DNA of 61,557 nt from an uncultured Syntrophobacteraceae bacterium (GCA_964482425.1 CAYZXN010000328.1:1-61557), one strand, 5' to 3'. Shown: positions 29,772-40,639, counted from the first letter of the stretch. Notes: generated by a model from the sequence alone, not told the origin. A program made the numbers and translations.

Positions 29772-30299
29772 GTGAAAGGCGATGGACCTGCCATGACCTA
29801 TTCCATGACACTGGAGGTGTACCTTCAGTCAGCGGTTTTGCGGGGAGTTCTGGTTACCAATCAGGATCGTCTAAGCCACTACTTGATTCTGCGCGAAGGA
29901 GATGAGGTTCTTTCCCTCAGGGATGCGACTCTAGAGGAATTGGACGGCAAGCCGATAGCCGCGACCTCTGCCGAGTACCTGATCTACATGCAGGAGGTAT
30001 TTCTCATTGCGGATCTCAGCCCGCAAGTCAATGCTGGCCGTTCTGGCTATGAACATCTTTATGTCAAGAAAGACTCCAACAAGGCATTGATCAGCGTCGG
30101 GCCTTATTGGTTGCGAGGGAACGTTCATATCATACCCGGAACTCCACTTCAGGAGTTGCTTCTCGGGAAAACCCGCTTCTTTCCAGTGACCGATGCAATT
30201 TTAATCGGCAAGCCCGACATCGGCCGGCGAACGTATTTGGTCAATCGAACGAAGATCGGCTGCATGACAGCCATGGCGGACGAGCTGGTGGAACTTTGA
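29772..30299 (+). CDS. hypothetical protein with apparent internal duplication of a ~75-aa module
   Basis: 175-aa ORF; the start may be ATG 29793. Two similar halves: LRGVLVTNQDRLSHYLILREGDEVLSLRDATL... and LRGNVHIIPGTPLQELLLGKTRFFPVTDAIL... I recognise no domain. Confidence 0.55.
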   Translation: MKGDGPAMTYSMTLEVYLQSAVLRGVLVTNQDRLSHYLILREGDEVLSLRDATLEELDGKPIAATSAEYLIYMQEVFLIADLSPQVNAGRSGYEHLYVKKDSNKALISVGPYWLRGNVHIIPGTPLQELLLGKTRFFPVTDAILIGKPDIGRRTYLVNRTKIGCMTAMADELVEL

Positions 30300-30313
30300 A
30301 ATGAGTTCGAAAT

Positions 30314-30658
30314 TTGTTTGTTTTGCAAGGTTTCGTGAATAAGCAGTTACCAACGGAAATCAATCACGTAAAGACGGAAGGCGTCGTCAGGATTGTTTGG
30401 GACGACGGCCACGTCGGGAACTATCCGGAAGCATATCTCCGCGGATATTGCCCGTGCGCTTTGTGCCAAGGCCACGGTGCCAGCCGCAAGTTTGTCGAAG
30501 CTCCTGGTGTGAAATTGAGCGGTATTCGGCCAGTCGGAAACTATGCCGTAGAGTTTCACTGGAACGATGGCCATAGTACGGGAATTTATACGTATGATTA
30601 TCTTAAATATCTCTGTCCTTGCAAGGCCTGCTCCGACGATCGAGACTCTGATTGCTGA
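30314..30658 (+). CDS. DUF971 domain protein (gamma-butyrobetaine hydroxylase-like N-terminal fold)
   Basis: Duplicated motif VRIVWDDGHVGNYPEAYLRGYCPCALC and AVEFHWNDGHSTGIYTYDYLKYLCPC. The start codon is uncertain (TTG 30314 or GTG 30335). Confidence 0.7.
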   Translation: MFVLQGFVNKQLPTEINHVKTEGVVRIVWDDGHVGNYPEAYLRGYCPCALCQGHGASRKFVEAPGVKLSGIRPVGNYAVEFHWNDGHSTGIYTYDYLKYLCPCKACSDDRDSDC

Positions 30659-30762
30659 CCAGATTCCAACAACGGTCGGCCGCTTGACTTAGCGGATCTC
30701 GTTCCCTAGTCTGTTTTGCTGTCGAAGAGGCGAAAACTCTTTGACTTTCGAGTGTTCGAACC

Positions 30763-30845
30763 GCGAGAGTGGCGGAACTGGCAGACGCACTAGACTTAGG
30801 ATCTAGCGGGTAACCGTGGGGGTTCGAGTCCCCCCTCTCGCACCA
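30763..30845 (+). tRNA. tRNA-Leu (anticodon TAG)
   Basis: Acceptor GCGAGAG/CTCTCGC, anticodon loop CTTAGGA, long variable arm, T-arm GGGGG-TTCGAGT-CCCCC, and an encoded CCA. Ends were calibrated on antisense track ORF 30603..30965. Confidence 0.95.
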
Positions 30846-30929
30846 GAATCCGGAGCAAGGAAAGGCATTGGTGGCAACCCCACGAAGTGATCCTTCGAAC
30901 GAAGTGAAGCCACCCCTTTGTGAGCAAAC

Positions 30930-32249
30930 ATGAAGATAGATCTTGATGAGTTGAGCGCTGTACAACGTAGAATCCGTGTAGAACTCCCTGCAGACGAAGT
31001 CGCTATCGAGCTGTCTCGCGCCTATCAGGATCTTGGGCGGCGTGTTCGGATAAAAGGATTTCGCGCCGGCAAGGCTCCGCGTAGCGTCCTACAGGGCATT
31101 TACGGGGATGAAATCAAGGGCCAAGTGCGGTCGCACTTAGTTGAGCAATCTCTGGGAGAAGTGATCAAGGACCGTGGCTTACAAATCGTTTCGAGGCCCG
31201 AAATTGATGCTGCTGAACTGGAAGAAGGCCGTGGGTTTTCCTTTTCGGCGGTTTTTGAAGTTAAGCCCGAATTCGAAATAAAAAACTACGTCGGCATCGA
31301 GGTTGAGCGGGTTCTGCTGTCTATCACCGACGACCAGGTGCGTGAGGCGCTCAAACGTCTGCAAGAAAGCCATGCACGGTTGGAACCGGTGACTGATCGC
31401 GAACAAGTCGAGCGGGGGGATTTCATTGCAGTTGACTTTGACGGTCTCGTCGACGGCAAACCCTTCTCGGGGGGTAAGGGTGAAAACTATCTCCTCGAAG
31501 TAGGAGGGGGGCAGGCTCTGCCGCAGTTTGAGGATTCTCTGATCGGTGGTACACGGGGAGAGCAAAAGAGCATCCAGGTGAATTACCCCCAGGAATACGG
31601 AAATCGAGAGCTTGCCGGTAGGAGTGCGGAGTTTACCGTGGTAATTCGTGAGATTAAGCGGAAGGTTCTTCCTGCGCTCGATGATGAATTCGCTAAGGAT
31701 CACGGTGAATGTTCTTCGTTGAAGGAACTGGAAAGCGTCGTACGCGGGAGACTGCAGGCTGAGTTGCAGCAGATTCAGCAGGAAGAGCTAAAAGAACAGA
31801 TTCTCAATCGCCTTATTGAGGCTCATTCCTTGACGCCGCCGTCTGCGATGATAGAGCGGCAGGTGCGCTACCTCATGGAACGCAACCCTTCTGCCGCACG
31901 GCGTGAGGGTCGGGCAGATACTGCTCCGACGACGGAGGAAACCAGGAAGGCCATAGAGGGTCGAGCCTTACGGCAAGTCCAGGCTACCTTGCTCGTGGAA
32001 AAAATTTCCGATCTCGAAAGTGTTACCGTTAGTGATGATGAAGTCCGGGAGAGGATCGATAACCTAGTGAGAGCCGCCGGGGAGCGCGCAAAGACGGTGC
32101 GGGAGGTTTACTCCAGACCCGAAGCTCGAGAAGATTTGCGAGCCCAGATGGTCTTCGAGCGCACACTCGATTTTCTCTTGGAAAGAGCAACGATTAAAGA
32201 GGCCGTCGGCGGTGCGGCTAAGGTTGATGACCAGGGTAAAAAAAGTTAG
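30930..32249 (+). CDS. tig: trigger factor
   Basis: 439 aa. N-terminal ribosome-binding motif GFRAGKAPRSVL and a central FKBP-type PPIase domain. Sits in the conserved tig-clpP-clpX-lon order. Confidence 0.95.
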   Translation: MKIDLDELSAVQRRIRVELPADEVAIELSRAYQDLGRRVRIKGFRAGKAPRSVLQGIYGDEIKGQVRSHLVEQSLGEVIKDRGLQIVSRPEIDAAELEEGRGFSFSAVFEVKPEFEIKNYVGIEVERVLLSITDDQVREALKRLQESHARLEPVTDREQVERGDFIAVDFDGLVDGKPFSGGKGENYLLEVGGGQALPQFEDSLIGGTRGEQKSIQVNYPQEYGNRELAGRSAEFTVVIREIKRKVLPALDDEFAKDHGECSSLKELESVVRGRLQAELQQIQQEELKEQILNRLIEAHSLTPPSAMIERQVRYLMERNPSAARREGRADTAPTTEETRKAIEGRALRQVQATLLVEKISDLESVTVSDDEVRERIDNLVRAAGERAKTVREVYSRPEAREDLRAQMVFERTLDFLLERATIKEAVGGAAKVDDQGKKS

Positions 32250-32280
32250 AATACCCTCGTAGTTAAGGAGCCTTCACGCA

Positions 32281-32883
32281 ATGAATTTTATTCCGATGGT
32301 GGTTGAGCAAACCGGACGGGGAGAGCGCGCCTACGATATCTATTCACGCTTGCTTAAGGATCGAATTGTATTCCTTGGATCGGTCGTTACGGACGATGTG
32401 GCAAATCTAATCACAGCGCAATTTCTTTTTCTGGAATCGGAAGATCCTGAACGCGACATCTTCTTCTACATCAACTCCCCAGGCGGATCGGTAACTGCAG
32501 GATTGGCCATCTACGACACAATGCAGTATGTCCGGCCGCAGATCTCGACAGTGTGCGTGGGGCAGGCGGCGAGCATGGGCGCGGTGCTTTTGGCTGCTGG
32601 CGCTAAAACGAAGCGATACGCTCTTCCACATTCCAGGATCATGATTCATCAACCCCTTGGCGGCTTTCAGGGACAAGCCGCTGATATCGATATTCAGGCG
32701 CGTGAAATCCTCCGGATGCGTGAAGAGTTGAATAACATTCTCATGAAGCATACAGGGCAGAGCCTGAAGAAAATTGAAAAGGATACAGACCGCGATATGT
32801 TCATGTCGGGTAAGCAGGCCCAAGAATACGGAGTGGTTGACGAGGTGATCGCAACCCGGCCCGAGGGCAGTTTGAAACGATGA
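32281..32883 (+). CDS. clpP: ATP-dependent Clp protease proteolytic subunit
   Basis: [19 protein letters not shown], catalytic GQAASMGA, and IMIHQPLGG. Confidence 0.97.
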   Translation: MNFIPMVVEQTGRGERAYDIYSRLLKDRIVFLGSVVTDDVANLITAQFLFLESEDPERDIFFYINSPGGSVTAGLAIYDTMQYVRPQISTVCVGQAASMGAVLLAAGAKTKRYALPHSRIMIHQPLGGFQGQAADIDIQAREILRMREELNNILMKHTGQSLKKIEKDTDRDMFMSGKQAQEYGVVDEVIATRPEGSLKR

Positions 32884-32907
32884 TGATTCACAAGAAGCGG
32901 GGGTTCT

Positions 32908-34161
32908 ATGCCAAAGCACGGGGATGATCGGTCCGGTAATCTCGTCTGCTCTTTTTGCGGTAAGAGTCAGGACGAGGTTCGTAAACTGATTGCGGGACCG
33001 ACTGTGTATATCTGTGACGAATGTATCGATCTCTGTAACGACATTATCGCTGAGGAGTGCGATCACGATGAGACCCTAAGCGCCTCATCCAACGTACCCA
33101 AGCCGGCAGAAATTAAGAGAGTTTTGGACCAGTACGTTATCGGTCAAGAGAGAGCGAAGAAAATCTTGGCTGTGGCAGTCCATAACCATTACAAACGCAT
33201 CGATAGCCAAATGGTCACCGGAGATGTGGAACTGCAGAAAAGCAACATTCTGCTGTTGGGGCCGACCGGCTCGGGTAAAACCCTGTTAGCCCAAACTTTA
33301 GCGCGGTTTTTACAAGTGCCTTTTACCATTGCCGACGCCACCAGCCTCACAGAGGCTGGCTATGTCGGCGAGGACGTCGAGAACATCATTCTCAATCTTC
33401 TTCAGGCCGCCGATTATGATGTTGAGAAAGCTCAGCGCGGGATAGTGTATATAGATGAAATCGACAAGATCTCGCGAAAATCAGATAATCCGTCGATCAC
33501 CCGCGACGTATCCGGCGAAGGAGTGCAGCAGGCATTGTTGAAGATCATCGAAGGGACAATGGCGAGTGTTCCTCCCAAGGGAGGGCGCAAACACCCGCAG
33601 CAGGAATTTCTTCAGGTAGACACAACTAATATTTTGTTCATCTGCGGGGGAGCGTTCGTCGGATTGGAGGAAATTATCCGCAAGCGGACCGGCAAAAAAA
33701 GAATGGGCTTTGGTGGTCATCTGGATGAGCAGGATGGCAAAAGGCCCACCGAGCTGCTGCATGAGGTGCGTCCTGAGGATCTGTTAAAGTTTGGTCTTAT
33801 TCCGGAATTCATCGGACGGTTGCCTGTCATCGCTACCCTTGACGAACTGGATGAGACGGCGTTGGTTCGGATACTTAAGGAACCGAAGAATGCGCTGACA
33901 AAGCAGTACTCCAAGCTGTTCGAAATGGAAAGCGTCCATCTCAAATTTACGGAAGAAGCGCTTCGTGCTATCTCGCGCGACGCGATGAAGCGTAAATCTG
34001 GCGCCCGGGGACTTAGAGCGATCATGGAAAACATCATGCTTGATATCATGTATGACATGCCCTCTCAGCCTAATATAAAGGAGGTTGTAATTTCCGAGGA
34101 GGTCGTGAACAAGAACGAACCTCCAATCGTCGTCTACACCAAGGCAGCAGAGAGCGCTTAG
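32908..34161 (+). CDS. clpX: ATP-dependent Clp protease ATP-binding subunit ClpX
   Basis: N-terminal zinc finger CSFCGKS...CDECI, Walker A GPTGSGKT, Walker [10 protein letters not shown], and the IGF-type loop [10 protein letters not shown]. Confidence 0.97.
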   Translation: MPKHGDDRSGNLVCSFCGKSQDEVRKLIAGPTVYICDECIDLCNDIIAEECDHDETLSASSNVPKPAEIKRVLDQYVIGQERAKKILAVAVHNHYKRIDSQMVTGDVELQKSNILLLGPTGSGKTLLAQTLARFLQVPFTIADATSLTEAGYVGEDVENIILNLLQAADYDVEKAQRGIVYIDEIDKISRKSDNPSITRDVSGEGVQQALLKIIEGTMASVPPKGGRKHPQQEFLQVDTTNILFICGGAFVGLEEIIRKRTGKKRMGFGGHLDEQDGKRPTELLHEVRPEDLLKFGLIPEFIGRLPVIATLDELDETALVRILKEPKNALTKQYSKLFEMESVHLKFTEEALRAISRDAMKRKSGARGLRAIMENIMLDIMYDMPSQPNIKEVVISEEVVNKNEPPIVVYTKAAESA

Positions 34162-34174
34162 GAAGGGAAACCCT

Positions 34175-36640
34175 ATGTTGTTTCGCAGTGACAAAAAGGA
34201 TGAAAAGGAAAAGGATGCAGCCGGCTTGACTCGTGTGCCCTTACTACCACTCAGGGATATTATTGTATTCCCTCACATGGTAGTGCCGCTTTTTGTTGGC
34301 CGGCAGCGTTCTATAAGGGCACTAGAGGAAGCGACCCAAAAGCAAGGCCCTATCTTCCTGTCGTCGCAAAAGGACGCCAAGACCAACGAACCCGCCGAAG
34401 ACGATATCTACAAGATTGGTACGCTTGGAACCGTTGTTCAAATGCTCAAGCTCCCCGATGGGACGGTGAAAGTTCTCATTGAGGGAAAAAGGCGTGCGCA
34501 GATTGCCGGTTTCGTCAGCAATCCTGATTTCTTTCTGGTCGATGTTGAAGATGCCCAGGAGGTCAACGAGCGGAATACTGAAGTAGAAGCTCTGACGCGG
34601 GAGGTTCACACCACTTTTGAGAACTACGTCAAGCTCAAGAAAAAGATTCCACCCGAAATGGTGATGTCGGTTTCTTCGATTGACGATCCAGGACGGTTGG
34701 CAGATACGATTGTGGCCCATCTCGGCATCAAACTGGAAGACCGCCAGAATCTATTGGAGACCTTCAACGCGGCCGAGCGACTGGAAAAAGTCCTGGGGCA
34801 TATGCGTGCCGAAGTGGAGATACTTGAGGTCGAGCGCCGTATCCGTTCTCGAGTGAAGAAACAAATGGAGCGCTCGCAAAAAGAATACTACTTGAATGAG
34901 CAGATGCGGGCGATTCAGAAGGAACTGGGCGAGAAGGACGAGTTTAAGAACGAAATTCAGGAAATTGAGGAGAAGATTAAACAAAAAAAGTTATCAGCAG
35001 AGGCCCGTGAAAAGATCGACAAAGAGCTCAAAAAGCTCAAGATGATGTCGCCTATGTCCGCCGAGGCGACAGTGGTCAGAAATTACATTGATTGGATTCT
35101 AAGCTTGCCATGGAACGAGTTTACCGATGACAAGCTGGATATTGCCGAGGCTGAAAAAGTACTAGAAGAAGATCATTACGGCCTCGAGAAGGTTAAAGAG
35201 CGGATTCTAGAGTATTTAGCGGTTCAAAGCCTAGTCGGTAAAATCAAAGGGCCGATTCTTTGTTTAGTGGGCCCTCCAGGAGTCGGCAAGACTTCACTCG
35301 GACGATCTATTGCTCGTGCCACTGGAAGGAAATTTGTACGAGTCTCGCTCGGTGGGGTGCGAGACGAGGCCGAGATTCGCGGCCATAGACGCACTTATAT
35401 CGGCGCTCTACCTGGAAAAATCGTCCAATCGATGAAAAAGGCAGGTTCCAGCAACCCTGTTTTCTTGATGGACGAAATAGATAAGATGTCGACCGACTTC
35501 AGGGGCGATCCGTCGTCCGCCTTGCTGGAGGTGTTGGATCCGGAGCAGAATACTGCGTTCAACGATCATTATCTGGATCTCGATTACGATCTTTCCAAGG
35601 TAATGTTTATCACGACGGCGAACACGCTGGATCGTATTCCGCGCCCGTTACAAGACCGCATGGAAATTATCAGGATCGCCGGTTACACCGAACTTGAGAA
35701 ACTCAGCATCGCGAAACGCTATCTCTTGGAGAAGCAGAAGGAGGCTAATGGGCTTACACCGGAAAACGTGACCTTTACGGATAACGCTATACTTGGCGTT
35801 ATTCGGCACTACACCAAAGAAGCCGGTGTGAGAAGCCTGGAGCGCGAAATTGCCGCGATCTGCCGAAAAGTTGCTGTAGAGGTGGTTAAGAAGGATCGTA
35901 ACGCCCATATGCAGGTGGGGACGAAAAGCCTGCATAAATATCTCGGTCCGGTGAAATACAGATATGGCAAGGCTGAAGAGGAGCAAAAGGTGGGGGTGAC
36001 GACAGGCTTGGCATGGACCGAGCTTGGCGGTGAGTTGCTTGCAACTGAAGTAACAATCATGCCCGGAAAGGGACAACTTATTATTACTGGAAAATTGGGC
36101 GACGTCATGCAGGAATCGGCCCAGGCCGCGATGAGTTATGTCCGTTCCAGGGCCACTGAACTGGGTTTTGAAAAAGATTTCTATCAAAAAATCGATGTCC
36201 ACCTTCACGTTCCAGAGGGGGCGATTCCCAAAGACGGACCGTCTGCTGGAATAACCATGGCTACATCACTGGTTTCAGCGCTGACAACCATTCCGGTAAG
36301 AAACGATCTGGCAATGACCGGCGAGATCACTTTGCGCGGCGCGATACTTCCTATCGGAGGTCTCAAGGAAAAGGTGCTAGCTGCGCATCGCGCGGGAATC
36401 AAAAAAGTGCTTATACCCGCCGAGAACGAGAAGGATATCGAGGACATCCCGGCCACTGTTTTAAAGACAGTAGAACTGGACCTCGTTAGTCACATGGATG
36501 AGGTCTTGAAGAAGGCGTTAGTTATGGCCGATCCAGAGAGCCTATTTAAACGCCCGCCACTTTCGGTCGAATCCAAGGAAGGCCCGCCATACGGGGAGAA
36601 AATCGACGACAGTTCTCCCGCTGAGATACTGCCTCAATGA
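34175..36640 (+). CDS. lon: Lon protease (LonA)
   Basis: 821 aa. LON N-domain, Walker [10 protein letters not shown], and the catalytic Ser in [14 protein letters not shown]. Confidence 0.97.
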   Translation: MLFRSDKKDEKEKDAAGLTRVPLLPLRDIIVFPHMVVPLFVGRQRSIRALEEATQKQGPIFLSSQKDAKTNEPAEDDIYKIGTLGTVVQMLKLPDGTVKVLIEGKRRAQIAGFVSNPDFFLVDVEDAQEVNERNTEVEALTREVHTTFENYVKLKKKIPPEMVMSVSSIDDPGRLADTIVAHLGIKLEDRQNLLETFNAAERLEKVLGHMRAEVEILEVERRIRSRVKKQMERSQKEYYLNEQMRAIQKELGEKDEFKNEIQEIEEKIKQKKLSAEAREKIDKELKKLKMMSPMSAEATVVRNYIDWILSLPWNEFTDDKLDIAEAEKVLEEDHYGLEKVKERILEYLAVQSLVGKIKGPILCLVGPPGVGKTSLGRSIARATGRKFVRVSLGGVRDEAEIRGHRRTYIGALPGKIVQSMKKAGSSNPVFLMDEIDKMSTDFRGDPSSALLEVLDPEQNTAFNDHYLDLDYDLSKVMFITTANTLDRIPRPLQDRMEIIRIAGYTELEKLSIAKRYLLEKQKEANGLTPENVTFTDNAILGVIRHYTKEAGVRSLEREIAAICRKVAVEVVKKDRNAHMQVGTKSLHKYLGPVKYRYGKAEEEQKVGVTTGLAWTELGGELLATEVTIMPGKGQLIITGKLGDVMQESAQAAMSYVRSRATELGFEKDFYQKIDVHLHVPEGAIPKDGPSAGITMATSLVSALTTIPVRNDLAMTGEITLRGAILPIGGLKEKVLAAHRAGIKKVLIPAENEKDIEDIPATVLKTVELDLVSHMDEVLKKALVMADPESLFKRPPLSVESKEGPPYGEKIDDSSPAEILPQ

Positions 36641-36643
36641 TCA

Positions 36644-36683
36644 AGCGAGAGGGCAGGTGTTTGACACCCGCCCTCTCGCTTGT
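36644..36683 (+). terminator. long GC-rich hairpin after lon (imperfect intrinsic terminator)
   Basis: AGCGAGAGGGC(a)GGTGT-ttg-ACACC(c)GCCCTCTCGCT followed by TGTT. The stem is 11+5 bp. The U-tract is weak. Confidence 0.5.
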
Positions 36684-36689
36684 TATAAA
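36661..36689 (+). promoter_or_regulatory. near-consensus sigma70-type promoter for hup (TTGACA-17-TATAAA)
   Basis: TTGACA 36661-36666 lies in the apical part of the lon hairpin. TATAAA is at 36684-36689, about 44 nt upstream of the hup ATG. Confidence 0.5.
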
Positions 36690-36732
36690 ACGCGTTTCAA
36701 TGTTCCGAGAAAAATGGCTGAATAGGAATATA

Positions 36733-37005
36733 ATGACCAAGGCAGACTTAATCGATTCATTAGCAAGACGAACTGAACTGCCGAGACAGAGGGCAGAAGA
36801 AATCGTAAATGGATTTCTTGATGATATAATCGCCGCTTTGAAAAAGGGCGACAAAATAAACGTCTCCGGTTTCGGTACTTTCTCCATATCCGAACGGAAG
36901 GGGCGGACAGGTAGAAATCCAAAAACCGGTGAGACAATCGAAATTGCCCCGTCGCGCGTTGCCAAGTTCAAGGCGGGTAAGATTTTAAAAGAGGCCATCA
37001 GTTAA
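36733..37005 (+). CDS. hup: DNA-binding protein HU
   Basis: The 90-aa sequence MTKADLIDSLARRTELPRQRAEEIV...GFGTFSISERKGRTGRNPKTGETIEIAPSRVAKFKAGK. Start at the internal ATG of track ORF 36637..37005. Confidence 0.95.
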   Translation: MTKADLIDSLARRTELPRQRAEEIVNGFLDDIIAALKKGDKINVSGFGTFSISERKGRTGRNPKTGETIEIAPSRVAKFKAGKILKEAIS

Positions 37006-37089
37006 GCGTCTTTGGACCGCTATGATTAGCGATTATCCGAGGTCCGAACGCTCCCACAGTACGGATTAGGCTGATGTTTACAGCCGACA

Positions 37090-37164
37090 GGGCGGTTAGC
37101 TCAGCGGGAGAGCATCGGCCTTACAAGCCGGGGGCCACAGGTTCAAATCCTGTACCGCCCACCA
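37090..37164 (+). tRNA. tRNA-Val (anticodon TAC)
   Basis: Acceptor GGGCGGT/ACCGCCC, anticodon loop CTTACAA, T-loop TTCAAAT, and an encoded CCA. Confidence 0.93.
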
Positions 37165-37185
37165 CCGCTGTTTTTCGAAAATATC

Positions 37186-37262
37186 GGGGTCGTAGTTCAG
37201 CTGGTTAGAACGCCGGCCTGTCACGCCGGAGGTCGCGAGTTCGAGTCTCGTCGGCCCCGCCA
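37186..37262 (+). tRNA. tRNA-Asp (anticodon GTC)
   Basis: Acceptor GGGGTCG/CGGCCCC, anticodon loop CTGTCAC, T-arm GCGAG-TTCGAGT-CTCGT, and an encoded CCA. Confidence 0.93.
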
Positions 37263-37312
37263 TTTAGTTCTACAAGTGGCAAATATTGCGAAGGTTGTGG
37301 AGATTGCCAGTT

Positions 37313-37732
37313 ATGAAGACCGAAGAAGCTCTGGCACAACGTCAGTGGTATATAGTTGATGCTCAGGACAAGATACTCGGCCGGATGGCCAGCGAGATTG
37401 CGAAAGTGTTGAGAGGAAAGAACAAGCCGATATTCACTCCCAATGCGGATACGGGAGATTTTGTGATCGTCGTCAATGCAAAGGGAATTAAGCTGTCAGG
37501 CAACAAGATGGACGATAAGGTCTACTACAGGCACAGCGAGTATCCCGGCGGAATTCGCATGCGAACGGCGGCCACTCTGCTATCTGATAAGCCGGAAGAT
37601 CTCATTCATTTGGCGGTTAAGGGAATGTTGCCTAAGAATCGGTTGGGTCGGAAGTTGGCCGCCAAATTGAAGGTATACGCCGGTGGCGAGCACCCTCACG
37701 AAGCCCAAAAACCACAACCTTTGAGCTTGTAA
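37313..37732 (+). CDS. rplM: 50S ribosomal protein L13
   Basis: [43 protein letters not shown]. Start at the internal ATG of track ORF 37286..37732. Confidence 0.96.
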   Translation: MKTEEALAQRQWYIVDAQDKILGRMASEIAKVLRGKNKPIFTPNADTGDFVIVVNAKGIKLSGNKMDDKVYYRHSEYPGGIRMRTAATLLSDKPEDLIHLAVKGMLPKNRLGRKLAAKLKVYAGGEHPHEAQKPQPLSL

Positions 37733-37746
37733 CATAGGATGGATAA

Positions 37747-38139
37747 ATGGCAGAGAAAGTGATTACTGCAACCGGAAGGAGAAAAACCTCCGTGGCCCGC
37801 GTCTTCTTACGACCGGGAAAGGGTATCCTTGCAATCAACGAACGCCCCCTCAATGAATACTTCGGCCGCGAAACTTCCCGTATGATCGTCATGCAGCCAT
37901 TCGAACTGACTCAGACTTCTGGAAATTTCGATACAGATGTTAATGTCAACGGTGGAGGCAGCTCTGGGCAAGCAGGCGCCATTCGGCACGGCATTACGCG
38001 CGCTCTTATGTTGTTTAATCCAGACTTCCGTATAACTTTAAAGAAGGCCGGTTTTGTCACACGCGACCCGCGCGGCGTCGAAAGAAAAAAATATGGTCGC
38101 CACAAGGCGCGAAAACGGCCGCAGTATTCCAAGCGCTAG
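37747..38139 (+). CDS. rpsI: 30S ribosomal protein S9
   Basis: 130 aa, ending in [29 protein letters not shown]. Confidence 0.97.
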   Translation: MAEKVITATGRRKTSVARVFLRPGKGILAINERPLNEYFGRETSRMIVMQPFELTQTSGNFDTDVNVNGGGSSGQAGAIRHGITRALMLFNPDFRITLKKAGFVTRDPRGVERKKYGRHKARKRPQYSKR

Positions 38140-38270
38140 AGATTTCTAAATTTGGACCATCCATTTCCTGCACTAAAGTTCGAAGTGGGACTCGAGAATT
38201 ACGGCGGCTCACAGGTGTTTCCACACACTAGCGGGCGACATGCCATTAGAATCGTAGACACGCAGGCCAG

Positions 38271-39389
38271 TCATTCTTCAGCCGTAAAGAAGTAAATACC
38301 GATCAGCGCGAATATGCTGTTCGGCAGCCAAGCGGCTACCGGCGCTGGCAACGCCCCGCTATGTCCTAGGGAAAAACAGAACGCGGAAAGCACCCAGTAG
38401 CCAAAACCAATCAGCACAGCAATTCCAAAACTCAATGCGAGCCCGCTGCCGATGCGGTTTTTGAGCGCAAAGGGAACTGCGATCAATATCATGAGCGGCG
38501 AAATAAAAGGGATTGCAAGCTTAACTTGCAGGTCGACTTCGTAAGACGTTGCATCCATCCCTTTGCTCTTCATCTCGGTGATTTGCTTTTGAAGGTCGAA
38601 GAATGTGAACTCTTCGGCATCGCGGGCGAGCAGCATAAGATCGTTAGGTGTCTCCGAAATCGTCTTCGGATTGTCGATTGAACTCTGTGCCAACTTCCCG
38701 TCTGGTAAGAAACGCCACTCGGTACCGTTCTCAGCTCGCCAGCGCTCTCCCGTCCACTGCGCACTGGGTATACCGGTCAGACCTTCAAGGCTAAAATCGC
38801 GGCTCAATGAAAAGATGGTGATTCCGTGTAGAGTGTTGTGTTTTACGTCAAAACTATCGATATTGATGAAACCTCGTTCCCCGCGAATCCAGATATCTTT
38901 CGTGCCAAACAAGCTTTGCTGTTGTTTTTTCTTGATTTCGGTCTTGTATAGGGTTTCGGCACGATGCGCGAAAACCGGCACGATTCCTTCATTCCACAAG
39001 AAAGTCAGAACGCAAATCAAACCGGAGAGGCACAGCAACGGCAGTGATATACGCTTGGCGCTCAAACCGGCGCTGAGCATGGCTGTGATCTCCTGCGTCT
39101 TCGCAAGCATTCCCAGACAAAAAAGAGCGGAGAACAATGTAGCAAAACCGATTATTCGGGAAATTGATAAGGGAATCTTATAGACGAGGTAGCGAAAAGC
39201 GGTCGCTGCAGAAACGCCTGACTCGACAAGGGTCCCGATTCGGTCAAAAAACTCGATGATTGCGAACAGCGCGGTGAAGCAGAGCAGGCTTACAATGAAA
39301 ATGCGCAGGAATCCCTGTATGAGATAACGATCGACAATACTGCCCGGCGGTAATAGCATATACCGCCTGTTCTGTCCCTTGTTTGCCAT
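38271..39389 (-). CDS. lptG: LPS export ABC transporter permease LptG
   Basis: YjgP/YjgQ-family layout: IVDRYLIQGFL, six TM segments and a periplasmic beta-jellyroll insert. Lies directly downstream of lptF. Confidence 0.85.
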   Translation of the reverse strand: MANKGQNRRYMLLPPGSIVDRYLIQGFLRIFIVSLLCFTALFAIIEFFDRIGTLVESGVSAATAFRYLVYKIPLSISRIIGFATLFSALFCLGMLAKTQEITAMLSAGLSAKRISLPLLCLSGLICVLTFLWNEGIVPVFAHRAETLYKTEIKKKQQQSLFGTKDIWIRGERGFINIDSFDVKHNTLHGITIFSLSRDFSLEGLTGIPSAQWTGERWRAENGTEWRFLPDGKLAQSSIDNPKTISETPNDLMLLARDAEEFTFFDLQKQITEMKSKGMDATSYEVDLQVKLAIPFISPLMILIAVPFALKNRIGSGLALSFGIAVLIGFGYWVLSAFCFSLGHSGALPAPVAAWLPNSIFALIGIYFFTAEE

Positions 39390-39392
39390 GGT

Positions 39393-40583
39393 TTATTGAC
39401 TTCTAAATCTTGCAAGCCGTTGCCCGAACCACAGGGTTACAGCGTCGGACTGGGTTTGTAATAGGAGCGGCGATTCACGCATCGCTTTGCGAAAGAGATG
39501 CAATGAAATCAGGCCAACGATGATGTTGGGCAGCCATAAAGCCACCAATGGGTGAAGGATACCTTTATCGCCCAACGCCTTTCCCAACGACAGAAGCGCG
39601 TAGTAGATGACAAACCAAACAATGCACAGGCCGACTCCCCATGATCGATTAGCGCGGGATGTGCGGGGCAAAAGAGAAAGAGAAACACCGAGTAAACAGA
39701 ACACGATTGGAACAAAAGCGAAGGAAATGCGCTGATGAAATTCCATCAACTCCGGTATAGCGGATGTCCCCTGTTCGCGTCTTTCTTCGATTACTTCTAG
39801 TAAACGACTCACTGACATCTCTTTAGGACCAGTGTTTTTCTCTCTTATCGGGCCGATGAGTTCATCCAAATCGAGTCTGAAATCGTAGATATTGAATTGA
39901 GTTTGGCTGAAGCCCGGTCGAGTCTTCTGTCTCTCGTAAATGGATCCGTCAAACAATCTCAAAGACAAAGTCTGTGTCTCTTCTTCGGTGTTTATGAGCG
40001 CAACTTTTCCTAAAATGATATTGTCTCTGGTCCGATCACGTTTGTCGATAACCAAAACTCCCTGAGCGACGTTTCCCGGAGGTATAATCTCTTCCAGATA
40101 TATGAGAATTTGCGGAAAATCATCGTTAAAGACCTTTTCTCTCAAGGCGGTTCCTATGCGGGTTTTGGCGATGTTATAAAGTTCTTTCTTCAGGGCTATC
40201 TGCGCCGACGGCCTCGCTAGGGTAGTCAGGAGTAACGTCATAGTGGCTACCGCAAGTGCAACTATGGCTATAGGCATAAGAATCTGTAACGGACTAAATC
40301 CGGACGCTTTCAAGGCGAGTAGCTCCTGGTCGCCTGAAAGCCTGCCGAGTCCTAGGAGTATGGCCAGCAGAAAGGCCATCGGAACCGTAAGCTCTAAAAA
40401 AGTTGGAAGAATCAGGGCAAATAACTTGCCGATTTGCAATAGCGGAACGCCTCTCGTCACCACCAACTCGACCAGTTTTAAAATTCTTGCGATAAGAAGA
40501 ATGAACGTGAACGTGAGTAAGCCGAAAATAAAGGGCGGAAGAATCTCTGAGATGAGGTAACGGGTAACAGTCCTTTGCTTCAC
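39393..40583 (-). CDS. lptF: LPS export ABC transporter permease LptF
   Basis: VTRYLISEILPPFIFGLLTFTFILL and the YjgP/YjgQ-family layout. Paired with lptG. Confidence 0.85.
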   Translation of the reverse strand: MKQRTVTRYLISEILPPFIFGLLTFTFILLIARILKLVELVVTRGVPLLQIGKLFALILPTFLELTVPMAFLLAILLGLGRLSGDQELLALKASGFSPLQILMPIAIVALAVATMTLLLTTLARPSAQIALKKELYNIAKTRIGTALREKVFNDDFPQILIYLEEIIPPGNVAQGVLVIDKRDRTRDNIILGKVALINTEEETQTLSLRLFDGSIYERQKTRPGFSQTQFNIYDFRLDLDELIGPIREKNTGPKEMSVSRLLEVIEERREQGTSAIPELMEFHQRISFAFVPIVFCLLGVSLSLLPRTSRANRSWGVGLCIVWFVIYYALLSLGKALGDKGILHPLVALWLPNIIVGLISLHLFRKAMRESPLLLQTQSDAVTLWFGQRLARFRSQ

Positions 40584-40595
40584 AACTCTTCCATG

Positions 40596-40623
40596 TTAAC
40601 CGGTGGGTTTTCGTTTGTAAAAT
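40596..40623 (+). promoter_or_regulatory. candidate promoter for rlmB (TTAACC-16-TAAAAT)
   Basis: The -10 TAAAAT is at 40618-40623, 16 nt upstream of the rlmB ATG. This would give a short leader. The -35 is weak. Confidence 0.25.
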
Positions 40624-40639
40624 CGCGACACAAATCACA

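Noticed and set aside
28400-30845. Possibility that the OCD, hypothetical and DUF971 genes form an island integrated at tRNA-Leu.
   Set aside because: The genes lie upstream (5') of the tRNA. There is no integrase, and no direct repeat of the tRNA 3' end. Only the 22-bp inverted repeat, reported separately, is real.
30603-30965. 120-aa minus-strand ORF upstream of tig.
   Set aside because: It is the antisense translation of tRNA-Leu (the tell-tale GDSNPH from the T-arm) plus spacer. It is not a gene.
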